Source: a bacterium (GTDB taxonomy: Bacteria > Patescibacteriota > Minisyncoccia > UBA6257 > GWB1-50-10). Taken from it: a DNA stretch of 64,000 bases. The notes beneath the pieces were generated by a model. That model ran no database searches. It was not told the DNA's origin and was given only the letters and a program-made list of their open reading frames with translations. The position numbers and the translations under genes were made by a program. The stretch covers positions 27,239 to 91,238 of the forward strand of contig JAKAHD010000003.1 in assembly GCA_021815205.1 (NCBI GenBank). Direction: 5' to 3'. Below are positions 40,452-49,579 of the stretch, piece by piece; within the stretch, counting starts at the first letter, position 1, and the number at the start of each line of letters is the position of its first letter.

Positions 40452-40752
40452 TGCCGCGGGGGTGAGTTGAACACCCGACGCCCGCCTCTTCCAAAGCGAC
40501 TGGACTATCTCATCACCCACCGCAACTAGATAAGAGTTGGGTGGGGCTGGGCGCTATTGCAGGATTATTGTTGGGACTCACCTGCTAGTCTCTACACCTT
40601 CCGAAGAACCGTAGCCCTCTTCGGCTTGGCTCGGGATTGTTTCTCATACAACATCGAGAAGTTTTCCCCGAGTTCACCCAGTTTTTAATTTTGCATTACT
40701 GCAAAATGCCCCAAAGATCTAGGGCGGCGCTCTACCGCTGAGCTACCGCGGC
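40452..40752 (-). tRNA. tRNA-Phe (GAA) interrupted by a 229-nt group I intron after U33
   Basis: 5' exon 40721-40752 and 3' exon 40452-40491 join into canonical cloverleaf (acceptor GCCGCGG/CCGCGGC, A73, anticodon loop CU/GAAGA, T GGGTG TTCAACT CACCC). Confidence 0.75.
40492..40720 (-). ncRNA. Group I self-splicing intron in tRNA-Phe anticodon loop
   Basis: Follows exon U; P1 CCCU/GGGG with U-G at splice site; 3' terminal G; R-like GUAGAGACUAG and S-like GAUAGUCC able to form P7; P2 and P8 hairpins. Confidence 0.65.
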
Positions 40753-40793
40753 ATATCCCGCGTTGCTTACTATACCAAAGGAGCTCCTCTCTT

Positions 40794-42020
40794 TCAATTC
40801 TTCATCGCCTCCACGACCCTCGAAACGCCGACCGCATAGGCGGCCATTCTGAAACTTATAGTATGGGATTCCTTGTATGCGAAGATTTCTTCAGATGCCG
40901 AGTTCATCTTCTTTTTTAACTCTTCAAACACTTTTTCCTTGCTCCAGTGCTCGTGATGCATATTCTGATACCACTCAAAATATGAAACACTCACGCCTCC
41001 CGAGTTCGCAAGCACGTCGGGAATAACGGGAATCCCCTTTTTCTCAAGTATCATATCCGCATCGCTCGTCACGGGGCCGTTCGCCATCTCGAGCACATAC
41101 TTCGCCTTGATGGCTTCCGCATTCTCCGAGGTAATCACGTTCTCGGTCGCGGCCGGAATAAACACGTCGACGGGGAGTGTAAGAAGATTGTCGTTTGAAA
41201 TCGCCGTGGTACCGGGCATCCCCTCAAGCGACCCGTGCGTTTTTTTGAACTCGATCGCGGCATCGACGTCGATTCCTTGATCGTTTTTGATCGCATGCTT
41301 CGAATCGGCAATCGCAATCACGCGGTAGCCGGCATCGTGCGCGTAACGCGCGGTATAATACCCGACATTTCCTATCCCCTGCACCGCAACCGTCGTCTGT
41401 TTCGGATCGAGATGTTCCCGCTCCGCGAGGTTCTGAAGCACATAAAACCCCCCAAGCCCCGTTGCCTCGGTTCTCCCCTCGCTGCCATCTTTTTCGAGCG
41501 GCTTTGCCGTAATGACCGCGGGAGCGTATCCGTGCGCGAGTTTTCCGTATTCATCCGCCATCCATCCCATCATCTCCGAGGTCGTGTACATATCAGGAGC
41601 AGGTATATCCTTCGTTGGTCCTATAATCTCATAGATCGCCCTAAGGTACGCACGGGAAAGGCGTTCTAGTTCAGATTCCGAAAGTGTCTTCGTATCAACT
41701 ATCACGCCGCCTTTCCCTCCACCGAACGGGATATCCGCAATCGCGCACTTCCACGTCATCCACATGGAGAGCGCGCGGATCTCCGAAGGGTTCACGAAAG
41801 GACTGAAACGGATGCCTCCCTTATAGGGACCCCGCACATTCGAGTGCTGGGCGCGATACCCCGTGAATAGTTTCACCGATCCGTCATCCATCGTGACGGG
41901 AAAGTGCACCTCGAGAAACTTGTCATGCACCGAGAGGCGCGTAACGATATCGGACGGAAGTTTTAATATCTCCGCGATTTTTTTGAGTTGTGCAACGCTC
42001 GTAGCGTAGGGATCATTCAT
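40794..42020 (-). CDS. gdhA: Glu/Leu/Phe/Val dehydrogenase (glutamate dehydrogenase)
   Basis: GGIRFSP...KCAIADIPFGGGKGG glycine-rich GDH signature; Rossmann GIGNVG. Confidence 0.9.
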   Translation of the reverse strand: MNDPYATSVAQLKKIAEILKLPSDIVTRLSVHDKFLEVHFPVTMDDGSVKLFTGYRAQHSNVRGPYKGGIRFSPFVNPSEIRALSMWMTWKCAIADIPFGGGKGGVIVDTKTLSESELERLSRAYLRAIYEIIGPTKDIPAPDMYTTSEMMGWMADEYGKLAHGYAPAVITAKPLEKDGSEGRTEATGLGGFYVLQNLAEREHLDPKQTTVAVQGIGNVGYYTARYAHDAGYRVIAIADSKHAIKNDQGIDVDAAIEFKKTHGSLEGMPGTTAISNDNLLTLPVDVFIPAATENVITSENAEAIKAKYVLEMANGPVTSDADMILEKKGIPVIPDVLANSGGVSVSYFEWYQNMHHEHWSKEKVFEELKKKMNSASEEIFAYKESHTISFRMAAYAVGVSRVVEAMKN

Positions 42021-42081
42021 ATACCTCGAAAGACAAACTCTTATATCTTACCTTTCGGTTATGAGGAATATTACCCTTGTG

Positions 42082-42155
42082 CGCCCCCGCCAGGACTTGA
42101 ACCCGGAACCTTCTCCTTAGAACGGAGCCGCTCTATCCAGTTGAGCTACAGGGGC
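42082..42155 (-). tRNA. tRNA-Arg (TCT), no encoded CCA
   Basis: Acceptor GCCCCTG/CGGGGGC, D GCTC/GAGC, anticodon loop GTTCTAA, T CCGGG TTCAAGT CCTGG, G73. Confidence 0.65.
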
Positions 42156-42283
42156 CCTCCTGATGTACAATATATATTCCCTCATCTAGAATGTAAACAA
42201 ATTGGAGAGTAGCACCCGTCTGCAACGCATATGCGTAGCATTGCGGGCAGGTACCGGCAGTACGTCTGCTTCTTGCCCGCCCA

Positions 42284-42354
42284 CCTTTCGTATCGGGATA
42301 TAGTGTAACGGTAGCACGAGTCCTTTGGGAGGATTTAGTCTCGGTTCAAGTCCG
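42284..42354 (+). tRNA. tRNA-Pro (TGG), no encoded CCA
   Basis: Acceptor CGGGATA/TATCCCG, anticodon loop TTTGGGA with G37, T CTCGG TTCAAGT CCGAG, A73. Confidence 0.75.
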
Positions 42355-42661
42355 AGTATCCCGACAAAAATCAATTACCGCACCGCGAGCCGTGCGGTAT
42401 GAAAGAAACCCTTCGACTCGCCTCCGGCTCGCTCAGGGTATTTTTCTCCTGCCATTCATCCTCGCCGCGAGCGGCGAGGTATTCTGATGAAAAATAAAAG
42501 GTGGGCGGGTGAAGGAGCAGGTAGACCGGGTTCCTCGCCTGCTATGCATATGCGTAGCAGGCGGGCAGGGATTCCCGGCTCTCCGACAAATTTTTCTCGC
42601 CGAATAAACCCACACCTTCGCCGCAGGGTATCCTGAGGGTGTACAGTACGCAGGAGATCTC

Positions 42662-44215
42662 CTATTCTTCCGCGAGGAGTTGCGGCAGTACACTCTCCCC
42701 CGTCATTTCTTTGGGTTTCGGAATCCCCATAAGATCGAGGATTGTGGGCGCCACATCCGAGAGCATTCCAATTGTTGGGATGGGTGCCATGGGATCGATG
42801 GGATTCTTCTTTTGAAACTGCCTGCCGACAAGATAGATCGGCACGGGACTCGCGTCATGCTTCGTCTCCGGCTCTCCCGTCTTCAGATCAAGGAGTTTCT
42901 CGGCATTCCCGTGATCCGATGTGACGATCATGATACCGTCCTCCTCGAAGATCGCCTTCACGAGCTTCCCCACTTCCTCGTCGATAATTTTCACCGCCCG
43001 AAGCGTCGCCGCGTAATTCCCCGTGTGCGCGATGATGTCGGGGTTCGCGTAGTTTACAAGAATAAAATCATACGTTCGCTCATGAAGCGCCGCGAGGACG
43101 CGGTCGGTAATCGGGCCCGCCATCATCTCGGGATGCTCATCGTGCCGCACGACGCTCTGCGAAGGCAGGAGCACTCGGAATTCATTTTTGTACGGCGTCT
43201 CTTTCAATCCGTTAAAGAAGTAGGTGATGTGCGCATACTTTTCTGTCTCCGCGATCCGGAGCTGGGTCTTTCCCTCGTCCGACAACACTTTCCCGAGGGG
43301 ATACTCTATAACCTCGTCCGGAAAAGCGACCTCCGCCTTGAGCGACGGGTCGTACTCCGTCATCGTAACGATGTGCGCATTTCCGTACGGGTGCACGGAG
43401 AAGTGAGCAAATCCGGGATCCGTAAATGCGCGCGCGAGTTCCCGCATTCTGTCTTCTCTGAAGTTGAAAAAGATAATCGAATCACCGTCCCGTATCGGAT
43501 GCGGCGTTCCTATAACCGAAGGGATGATGTATTCATCGCTCAAATCGCGCGCGTATGCCTCCTGCGCCGCATCATGAATCGTGGTACTTTTCCCCTTCGC
43601 TTCCGTGAGCACGCGGTACGCCATCTCGAGCCGATCCCAATGCTTGTCGCGATCCATACCGTAGTAACGCCCCCCGATGCTCGCGATATGCGGCATGACG
43701 TCGATCCCCGTTCTCCGTGAGAGCTCGCCCACGAGCCTTTCGACTGACTGCGGCGCGCTGTCCCTTCCATCCGAAAAAAGCTGGAGAAAGAACGGCACGT
43801 TTTTCTCTTTCGCGATTGCAATAAGCGCGACGAGATGATCGAGCGATGCATGCACATTTCCCTCGGAAAGAAGCCCCACAAGGTGCACCGCGCTCGCATG
43901 CGCCTCCGCATACGCGAACGCCTCCTGAAGCATGGAATTTTTTGAGAAACTTCCGTCCTGTATCGCGAGTGAGATTCTTGGAAAGTGCTGATACATCACC
44001 TTCCCCGCGCCCATCGTGAGATGCCCCACTTCGCTGTTCCCTTCTTCCTCCCACGGAAGCCCTACCGAGATGCCCGAGGCCTGGAGCGCCCCGGTCGGAA
44101 AATGGCTCCGCAAGTATTGCATCACCTGCGGCGCGGCGCGATAGATCGGATTACTTTCATCCAAGGCCCCGATGCCCCATCCGTCCAAGACGACGAGCAA
44201 AAGCGTGCGTTTCAT
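42662..44215 (-). CDS. gpmI: 2,3-bisphosphoglycerate-independent phosphoglycerate mutase
   Basis: LLVVLDGWG N-terminus, metalloenzyme and iPGM_N domains, catalytic S in SDHGN region (VTSDHGNAE). Confidence 0.85.
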   Translation of the reverse strand: MKRTLLLVVLDGWGIGALDESNPIYRAAPQVMQYLRSHFPTGALQASGISVGLPWEEEGNSEVGHLTMGAGKVMYQHFPRISLAIQDGSFSKNSMLQEAFAYAEAHASAVHLVGLLSEGNVHASLDHLVALIAIAKEKNVPFFLQLFSDGRDSAPQSVERLVGELSRRTGIDVMPHIASIGGRYYGMDRDKHWDRLEMAYRVLTEAKGKSTTIHDAAQEAYARDLSDEYIIPSVIGTPHPIRDGDSIIFFNFREDRMRELARAFTDPGFAHFSVHPYGNAHIVTMTEYDPSLKAEVAFPDEVIEYPLGKVLSDEGKTQLRIAETEKYAHITYFFNGLKETPYKNEFRVLLPSQSVVRHDEHPEMMAGPITDRVLAALHERTYDFILVNYANPDIIAHTGNYAATLRAVKIIDEEVGKLVKAIFEEDGIMIVTSDHGNAEKLLDLKTGEPETKHDASPVPIYLVGRQFQKKNPIDPMAPIPTIGMLSDVAPTILDLMGIPKPKEMTGESVLPQLLAEE

Positions 44216-44286
44216 ATTCTTTATCTTACCAAGAGATGGATGAAAAGCGTAGTTTGTACCGTAGCACAGCAAAGAAGCTTTTCGAA

Positions 44287-44410
44287 TATAGAAGCAGATA
44301 ACCTGCCCGAATGACCGTCATTCGGTCGGGCGGGCGCAGAAATACACGCGGATAGACGCAGATAATGTTTCTGCGTTTTCTGCGTGCTCGTGGCGTTCTG
44401 CTTCTACGAT
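44287..44410. repeat. About 124-bp MITE-like element with TAGAAGCAG TIRs (copy 2)
   Basis: Matches 32521-32646; partial third copy at 39055-39100. Confidence 0.8.
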
Positions 44411-44509
44411 ACAAATCCTTGCAAAGTGTTTCTCACCCTCCTATACTTCATAGGGAGAACAATCAACAAAAGTCGATGCAAAACAATAGAAATCAAATTT
44501 TTATCACCT

Positions 44510-46033
44510 ATGAATCTTACCCCCTTAGAGGCGGGCGGCTTGGCGATCATCGGACTCGCAGTCGGATATGCGATCCGCTTTGGCATCGCGAAGAAACTCC
44601 GGGGTTCTCTCGAGCAGAAAGCCGAGGAGGAACTCGAGGCCGCAAAAAGTAAAGCGAAGGAGATCATCGTCGAAGCAAGAAACGAAGCTACGTTGGTTCT
44701 TGCTCAAGCCCAAAAAGACGAGCGCGAACGAAAGCAGGAGCTCCGTCGCCTCGAGGAGCGCCTCACAAAGAAAGAAGACTCACTCGATGAGCGCGCCCGC
44801 GAATTCGACGCCCAGCTCATAGGCCTTTCAGCTAAAGAGAATAAGCTTAAAGAACTCGAGGAGGAGATAAAAGGCCTTCATGAAAAAGCGGTTGGTGAAC
44901 TTGAGCGCGTCGCGGGACTCTCGCGCGAAGACGCGAAGCAAGCGATCTTCGAGGAACTTGAAACCTCATACCGCAAAGAACTTACGGGCGACCTCGTGCG
45001 TCTTGAGCGTGAACGCAGGGATGCAATCGAGGCAAAAGGCATGGAGATCCTTGAAACCGCGATCCAGCGGTACGCGAGAAACTCGATCGCAGACGTGACG
45101 ACGAGTATCGTGAACCTCCCCGACGAAGATATTAAAGCGAAGATCATCGGCCGCGAAGGAAGGAATATTCGCACGTTCGAGCGGCTTACGGGCGTCGAAC
45201 TTATCATCGACGAGACGCCGGAGAGCGTGATCCTCTCCTCGTTCGATCCCATGCGCCGCGAACTCGCAAAGATGGCGCTTGAAAAACTTCTCAAGGACGG
45301 GCGTATTCAGCCCGCAAAAATCGAGGAGAAGGTTGAGGAGGCGCGGCGGGAACTCGAGGACAGGGTTCAAAAAATCGGAGAGGAAGCGGTATACGAAGTG
45401 GGAATCCTCGATCTTCCGAAAGAAATTATCTATCTCTTGGGACGCCTGAACTTCCGCACGAGCTACGGGCAGAACGTGCTCCTGCACTCGATCGAGATGG
45501 CGCATATTTCAGGGATGATCGCCTCGGAACTGGGGCTTAACCCCGAGATCGCGAAGAAAGGAGCGCTCCTCCACGACATCGGAAAGGCGGTGGACCACGA
45601 AGTTGAAGGGACGCACGTCGAGATCGGGCGCAAGCTTCTTAAAAAGTACAACGTACAGGAGGAGGTGATCCGCGCGATGGAATCTCATCACGACGATTAC
45701 CCTTTCTCGTCGCCCGAGTCCTATATCGTCGCGGCGGCGGACGCGATCTCCGCGGCGCGTCCCGGCGCGCGGCGCGATACGCTTGAGAAGTACATCAAGC
45801 GGCTCGAGGACATCGAAAAGACGGTGAACGAGTTCGACGGCGTGAAGCAATCCTATGCGGTTTCCGCGGGGCGCGAGGTACGCGTCTTCGTGGTACCCGA
45901 AAAAATCGACGATTTCGGGGCGCTGGAACTTGCAAAAAAGATCGCACAAAAAATTCAAACGAACGTGCAGTACCCCGGCGAAATCAAAGTAACGGTGATA
46001 CGGGAGGTGAAGGCGGTGGAGTATGCGAGATAG
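44510..46033 (+). CDS. rny: Ribonuclease Y
   Basis: N-terminal TM, coiled coil, KH domain (IIGREGRNIRTFE), HD domain (HSIEMAHISG...LLHDIGK). Confidence 0.9.
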   Translation: MNLTPLEAGGLAIIGLAVGYAIRFGIAKKLRGSLEQKAEEELEAAKSKAKEIIVEARNEATLVLAQAQKDERERKQELRRLEERLTKKEDSLDERAREFDAQLIGLSAKENKLKELEEEIKGLHEKAVGELERVAGLSREDAKQAIFEELETSYRKELTGDLVRLERERRDAIEAKGMEILETAIQRYARNSIADVTTSIVNLPDEDIKAKIIGREGRNIRTFERLTGVELIIDETPESVILSSFDPMRRELAKMALEKLLKDGRIQPAKIEEKVEEARRELEDRVQKIGEEAVYEVGILDLPKEIIYLLGRLNFRTSYGQNVLLHSIEMAHISGMIASELGLNPEIAKKGALLHDIGKAVDHEVEGTHVEIGRKLLKKYNVQEEVIRAMESHHDDYPFSSPESYIVAAADAISAARPGARRDTLEKYIKRLEDIEKTVNEFDGVKQSYAVSAGREVRVFVVPEKIDDFGALELAKKIAQKIQTNVQYPGEIKVTVIREVKAVEYAR

Positions 46034-46034
46034 C

Positions 46035-46345
46035 TACGAAATACGAAAACATACGAATATACGAAAGAAAGTACGCCTCATCTTGCCAAAATTAACATGG
46101 AACTTGTGTATAATTCTTGCATAGCGGGACGTTTTTCTTTAATTTGGTTCCATATTCGTATATTCGTAGAAAATTCGTATTTCGTAGCAAAAGAGTAGGA
46201 AAACAGAGGGTGGTCTGCTATAATAAACCCGTAAAGAAAAAGGTCGGAGGTTGGCTACGAAATACGAAAACATACGAATATACGAAAGTGCCGAATGCGC
46301 AATCGATTTGTATATTCATACTTCATTCGTAATTCGTAGAGAAAC
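46035..46345. repeat. Cluster of TACGAA-box elements (two identical direct 34-mers, two inverted copies) upstream of hup
   Basis: ctacgaaatacgaaaacatacgaatatacgaaag at 46035 and 46254; inverted versions at 46146-46184 and 46318-46345; related copy at 1765-1800. Confidence 0.8.
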
Positions 46346-46347
46346 AT

Positions 46348-46623
46348 ATGAAAAAAGACGGATTGGTCGAGGCGGTGATGAAAAACGCCGGAATCGAGAC
46401 CAAGAAACAGGCAACCCAGGCGGTTGAAGCGGTATTCGACGCTATCGTAAAGACGATGTCGCGCGGCGAAGAGGTGGCAATCACCGGATTCGGCACCTTC
46501 CGCGTTGCGAAGCGCGCGGCGCGCATGGGCGTAAACCCCAAGACCGGCGAAAAAATTCAAATTAAGGCTTCGACGAAACCGAAGTTCCGCGCCGGGAAAC
46601 TCTTGAAGGAAGCGGTATTGTAA
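46348..46623 (+). CDS. hup: DNA-binding protein HU
   Basis: 91 aa, GFGTF...R.GRNP.TGE HU/IHF signature. Confidence 0.9.
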   Translation: MKKDGLVEAVMKNAGIETKKQATQAVEAVFDAIVKTMSRGEEVAITGFGTFRVAKRAARMGVNPKTGEKIQIKASTKPKFRAGKLLKEAVL

Positions 46624-46650
46624 CCTGACTCTTGTGAGCTTAAAAAATCA

Positions 46651-46690
46651 AAAAACTCCCTCCGCCAACCGGCGGATGAGGAGTTTTTTG
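46651..46690. terminator. Bidirectional intrinsic terminator between hup (+) and downstream minus-strand gene
   Basis: A-run, GC-rich imperfect hairpin tccgcc/ggcgga extended by aactcc/ggagtt, then TTTTTT. Confidence 0.55.
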
Positions 46691-46712
46691 ATGCTACTAC
46701 TGTTCGTTGGCC

Positions 46713-47612
46713 CTACTGGCCGAGCAACTTCCTCACTAAGTTGCTAATATCGATAAAATTCTGATACGCGCCTTTGATGCGATCAAGGGACGACCGTATC
46801 ACGTCCTTTATCGATATCGCGGGTTGGGATGGGAGGGTAGACGTCGCGTGCTGCGCCGTCGACGAGGGGGTTGAGGTCGCACTCTGGATCGGGATCGAGG
46901 TTGCGGTTCCGGTTGCCATCTCGTTCGTGCTCGTCACCACGTACTGGGCGACGAATGCGGTAGCGGCCTTCCGGTTCAGATTAGCCGCATCCGCGATCGC
47001 CCTACCGGCGCTCGCGACGAGTGCGCCGAAGTGCTTTCCTTGGGGCGCATATCCCAAGGAGGAGAGGTTCTCATTTATTTTCTGAAGGCGCAATGATGCA
47101 ATTTGAATCGCCTTCGCCTCCTGTTTCAAAAGAATGAAATCTTGGATCTGGGTCACGAGCGGAATATAAGTCGCGTCCCTCCAACTTTTGAAATCTTCCG
47201 CAATGCGCTTAATCTTCGCCGCATCGACGGAACTCGGATCGCTTACAAGACTCCGTTCCGAATCGTAGTAGACGAGCGCCTTCGTGAGCCCGTCAAGCGC
47301 CTGTTGTTTCCACGGCTCGAAGGCATCGTCCTTGTCAATCGTGAGTAGTTTATACTCATAGTCCTTCGCCTCCGCTGAGGAAAGATCGAGCACTTGCTTG
47401 AAGGTTTCGATGCGGAGCGTGGTATCGTTCGCCGCATTATCATCTTTTGCGGTCACGAGATCGTCAATGTACGCTTTGGCGCTCTCCAGCGCTTTCTGCA
47501 CGGGAGGAGTCGAGGTGCCGCTCGCGGCATACGCGGAGGAGGGCGCCCGCCCAAAAATTCCCATCGCGAAGAGGGCGAGAATTGATAGGACTATGAGAGG
47601 TTGCTTTTGCAT
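46713..47612 (-). CDS. Hypothetical secreted protein
   Basis: Signal peptide ending AYA; no recognisable domain; in operon with anti-sigma and sigma. Confidence 0.45.
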   Translation of the reverse strand: MQKQPLIVLSILALFAMGIFGRAPSSAYAASGTSTPPVQKALESAKAYIDDLVTAKDDNAANDTTLRIETFKQVLDLSSAEAKDYEYKLLTIDKDDAFEPWKQQALDGLTKALVYYDSERSLVSDPSSVDAAKIKRIAEDFKSWRDATYIPLVTQIQDFILLKQEAKAIQIASLRLQKINENLSSLGYAPQGKHFGALVASAGRAIADAANLNRKAATAFVAQYVVTSTNEMATGTATSIPIQSATSTPSSTAQHATSTLPSQPAISIKDVIRSSLDRIKGAYQNFIDISNLVRKLLGQ

Positions 47613-47618
47613 CGGCAG

Positions 47619-48077
47619 TTAAAAAATTACTCTATTAAGAAGCGTGTCGATCTGGGGGTTGCTGCTTGTTCCCGGGTTCTGATTGATGGTCTGCTGTTCG
47701 GCTTTCAGTACACGCTGATTCAAATGGCGCATTGCATTAGTCGAAATCTCGGAGAGCGCCGATGCGATCGTCTGATCAACGCTCTGCTGATATGATATCG
47801 CTTGCAGGGCGACGTTGATCTTTAAATTATTAAACTCCTGATGCAACGCCTCCGGGGTCGCAAGCGCGGTTGCGGCGCGCTTGCTATGCACCAACGAGGA
47901 AAAACCGACGATCGAGACGGCGAGCATCGCGACCGCCGTCGCCCACATCGAGAGAAGCCCCCACGCGGGCGGCATAGCCGGACGAACCGCCAAGATACCG
48001 CGGCGAGACGCTGCGACGAACGCTTCGTCCGGTGCGATGTTCGCGAGCATCTTCAGTTGCCGTTTAAGATTGTCCAT
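47619..48077 (-). CDS. Putative anti-sigma factor (single-pass membrane protein)
   Basis: Immediately downstream and overlapping ECF sigma gene, short cytoplasmic N-terminus, single TM. Confidence 0.5.
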   Translation of the reverse strand: MDNLKRQLKMLANIAPDEAFVAASRRGILAVRPAMPPAWGLLSMWATAVAMLAVSIVGFSSLVHSKRAATALATPEALHQEFNNLKINVALQAISYQQSVDQTIASALSEISTNAMRHLNQRVLKAEQQTINQNPGTSSNPQIDTLLNRVIF

Positions 48078-48615
48078 AACGTTCGTTGATATATTTTTTG
48101 AGTTGTTTCAGCGCACGGTGCTGGATAACCCGTATCGCCCCTTCGGTTTTTTCGAGTGCGGAGGCCATCTCCTTATTCGTCTTCTCTTCAATAAATTTCA
48201 TAATGAGCACGTCCTGGTACACCGGCTCGAGGAGCCCGAGGCACTCCCGAATCCTTCCGAGATCGAGTGCGATATCAAACTTCTCCTCCTCGGATGTGGG
48301 GGAAACCACCACATGTTCCGGTACCTGTTCGAGCGCCACCACCGGCTTTGCCATACGGTAGTAATCAATGACCGCATTTCGAGCGATCCGATAGAGCCAG
48401 CTCGAGAAGGGAAACCCTTTGAACTCGTAGCGCTTGATATTTTTCCACGCGTTCAGGAAAACCTCGTGGGTGATGTCTTCCGCATCCCCTTTCTTCCCGC
48501 CAATTTTAAGAAAGACGAAACGATAAATTGCGGATACGTGACGATCATAGAGAATTCCAAAGGCCTCTTCTTTGCCCTCTTTTGCTTTCTCTATGAGCTT
48601 TTCTTCGTCTTTCAT
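48064..48615 (-). CDS. RNA polymerase ECF-type sigma-70 factor
   Basis: Region 2 (ITHEVFLNAWKNIKRY..FSSWLYRIARNAVIDYYR) and region 4 (DVLIMKFIEEKTNKEMASALEKTEGAIRVIQHRALKQL). Confidence 0.85.
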   Translation of the reverse strand: MKDEEKLIEKAKEGKEEAFGILYDRHVSAIYRFVFLKIGGKKGDAEDITHEVFLNAWKNIKRYEFKGFPFSSWLYRIARNAVIDYYRMAKPVVALEQVPEHVVVSPTSEEEKFDIALDLGRIRECLGLLEPVYQDVLIMKFIEEKTNKEMASALEKTEGAIRVIQHRALKQLKKYINERYGQS

Positions 48616-49508
48616 AGGATAGAACGATGCATGCGCCTCTTTGTTTCTCAACTCAAAAAGAGAACTGTAACGACCCTGTAACGTTACAGAAGACCCCGAC
48701 TTCCTCATGGTAGCAGAGGGGGGTGGATTGGGCTACCCAATTAGTCTCTTTCTCCGGAATGCAATGCCCGATGAGGTCTTCAAATACAATTCAAACGCCA
48801 CCGCTTTTTTCTTATTCAGAAAACCACAAACCCAGATAATTTTCCATGGCATGAACTTTGAGGTGTGTTTATTGGCGCAGCGTAGCGAGTGAAATGCAAA
48901 AGTGAAACTTTTGCGTTTCCGAGCACGCAAGCCAAGAAGGGGTTTAATGCCCCGCGGCGTGCCGCAACGGAAGTGCGCGAAGCACTCCATTATACTGGGC
49001 CCCGAGGTCGGATACCCTTCATTTGCGCCACTATTAAGAATTTAAAAACGGGCGCACGCAAAAACAAAAAATGTAAAGGCAATTTTTCTGCGAGGCAGCG
49101 CCGCTTGGCGGCACGGCGACGGGGCGGAGAGCGTGCGATTTAGTTTCGCTTCACCACGCGCTCCGCGCGTGGCACATTGTCAGCGATTTTGAAAATAGGT
49201 GCGAGCTTGGTAAAATAGAGACACACATCATAAAGAAACCACCCCTCGCGATTGAGGGTGGTTTCTTTTGAGTGCGGAATGGGAGAATCTCACTGCTCGC
49301 TCCTCGATAAATCCCGTTAGAAGCTCACGCGGGGCTTTCTGCTTCTAACGGGATAAACTCGGAGCTGCGCCTTGAGAACCCTCGGTTCTCAATACTCTCC
49401 AACACGGGGAACCGACCACGGTTCCCCGACCCCCTCCACTTGTTCGACTCTCCCATATGCTCACAAGAAAACCATCTGCACGAATACAGATGGTTTTCTT
49501 GTGAGCAG

Positions 49509-49579
49509 TGCGGAATGGGAGAGTCGAACTCCCGACTTCAGTTTGGAAAACTGACATTTTACCGCTAAACTAATCCCGC
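49509..49579 (-). tRNA. tRNA-Gly (TCC) (alternative fold would give Trp-CCA; Gly favoured), no encoded CCA
   Basis: Acceptor GCGGGAT/ATTCCGC with G1-C72,C2-G71,G3-C70; D-loop AGCGGTA; G26; anticodon stem TCAGT/ACTGA loop TTTCCAA; T GGGAG TTCGACT CTCCC; A73. Confidence 0.55.

Noticed and set aside
48889-49143. 84-aa plus-strand ORF in sigma-upstream region
   Set aside because: Arg-rich, no RBS, no homology cues; region more likely non-coding
48710-49250. tmRNA / RNase P / SRP RNA in the ORF-free 540-bp region
   Set aside because: Searched by eye for hallmark strings (tmRNA GGTTCGATTCC 3' end, RNase P P4 AGTCCGGGC, SRP GGAAGCAGCC) and found none; left as unassigned
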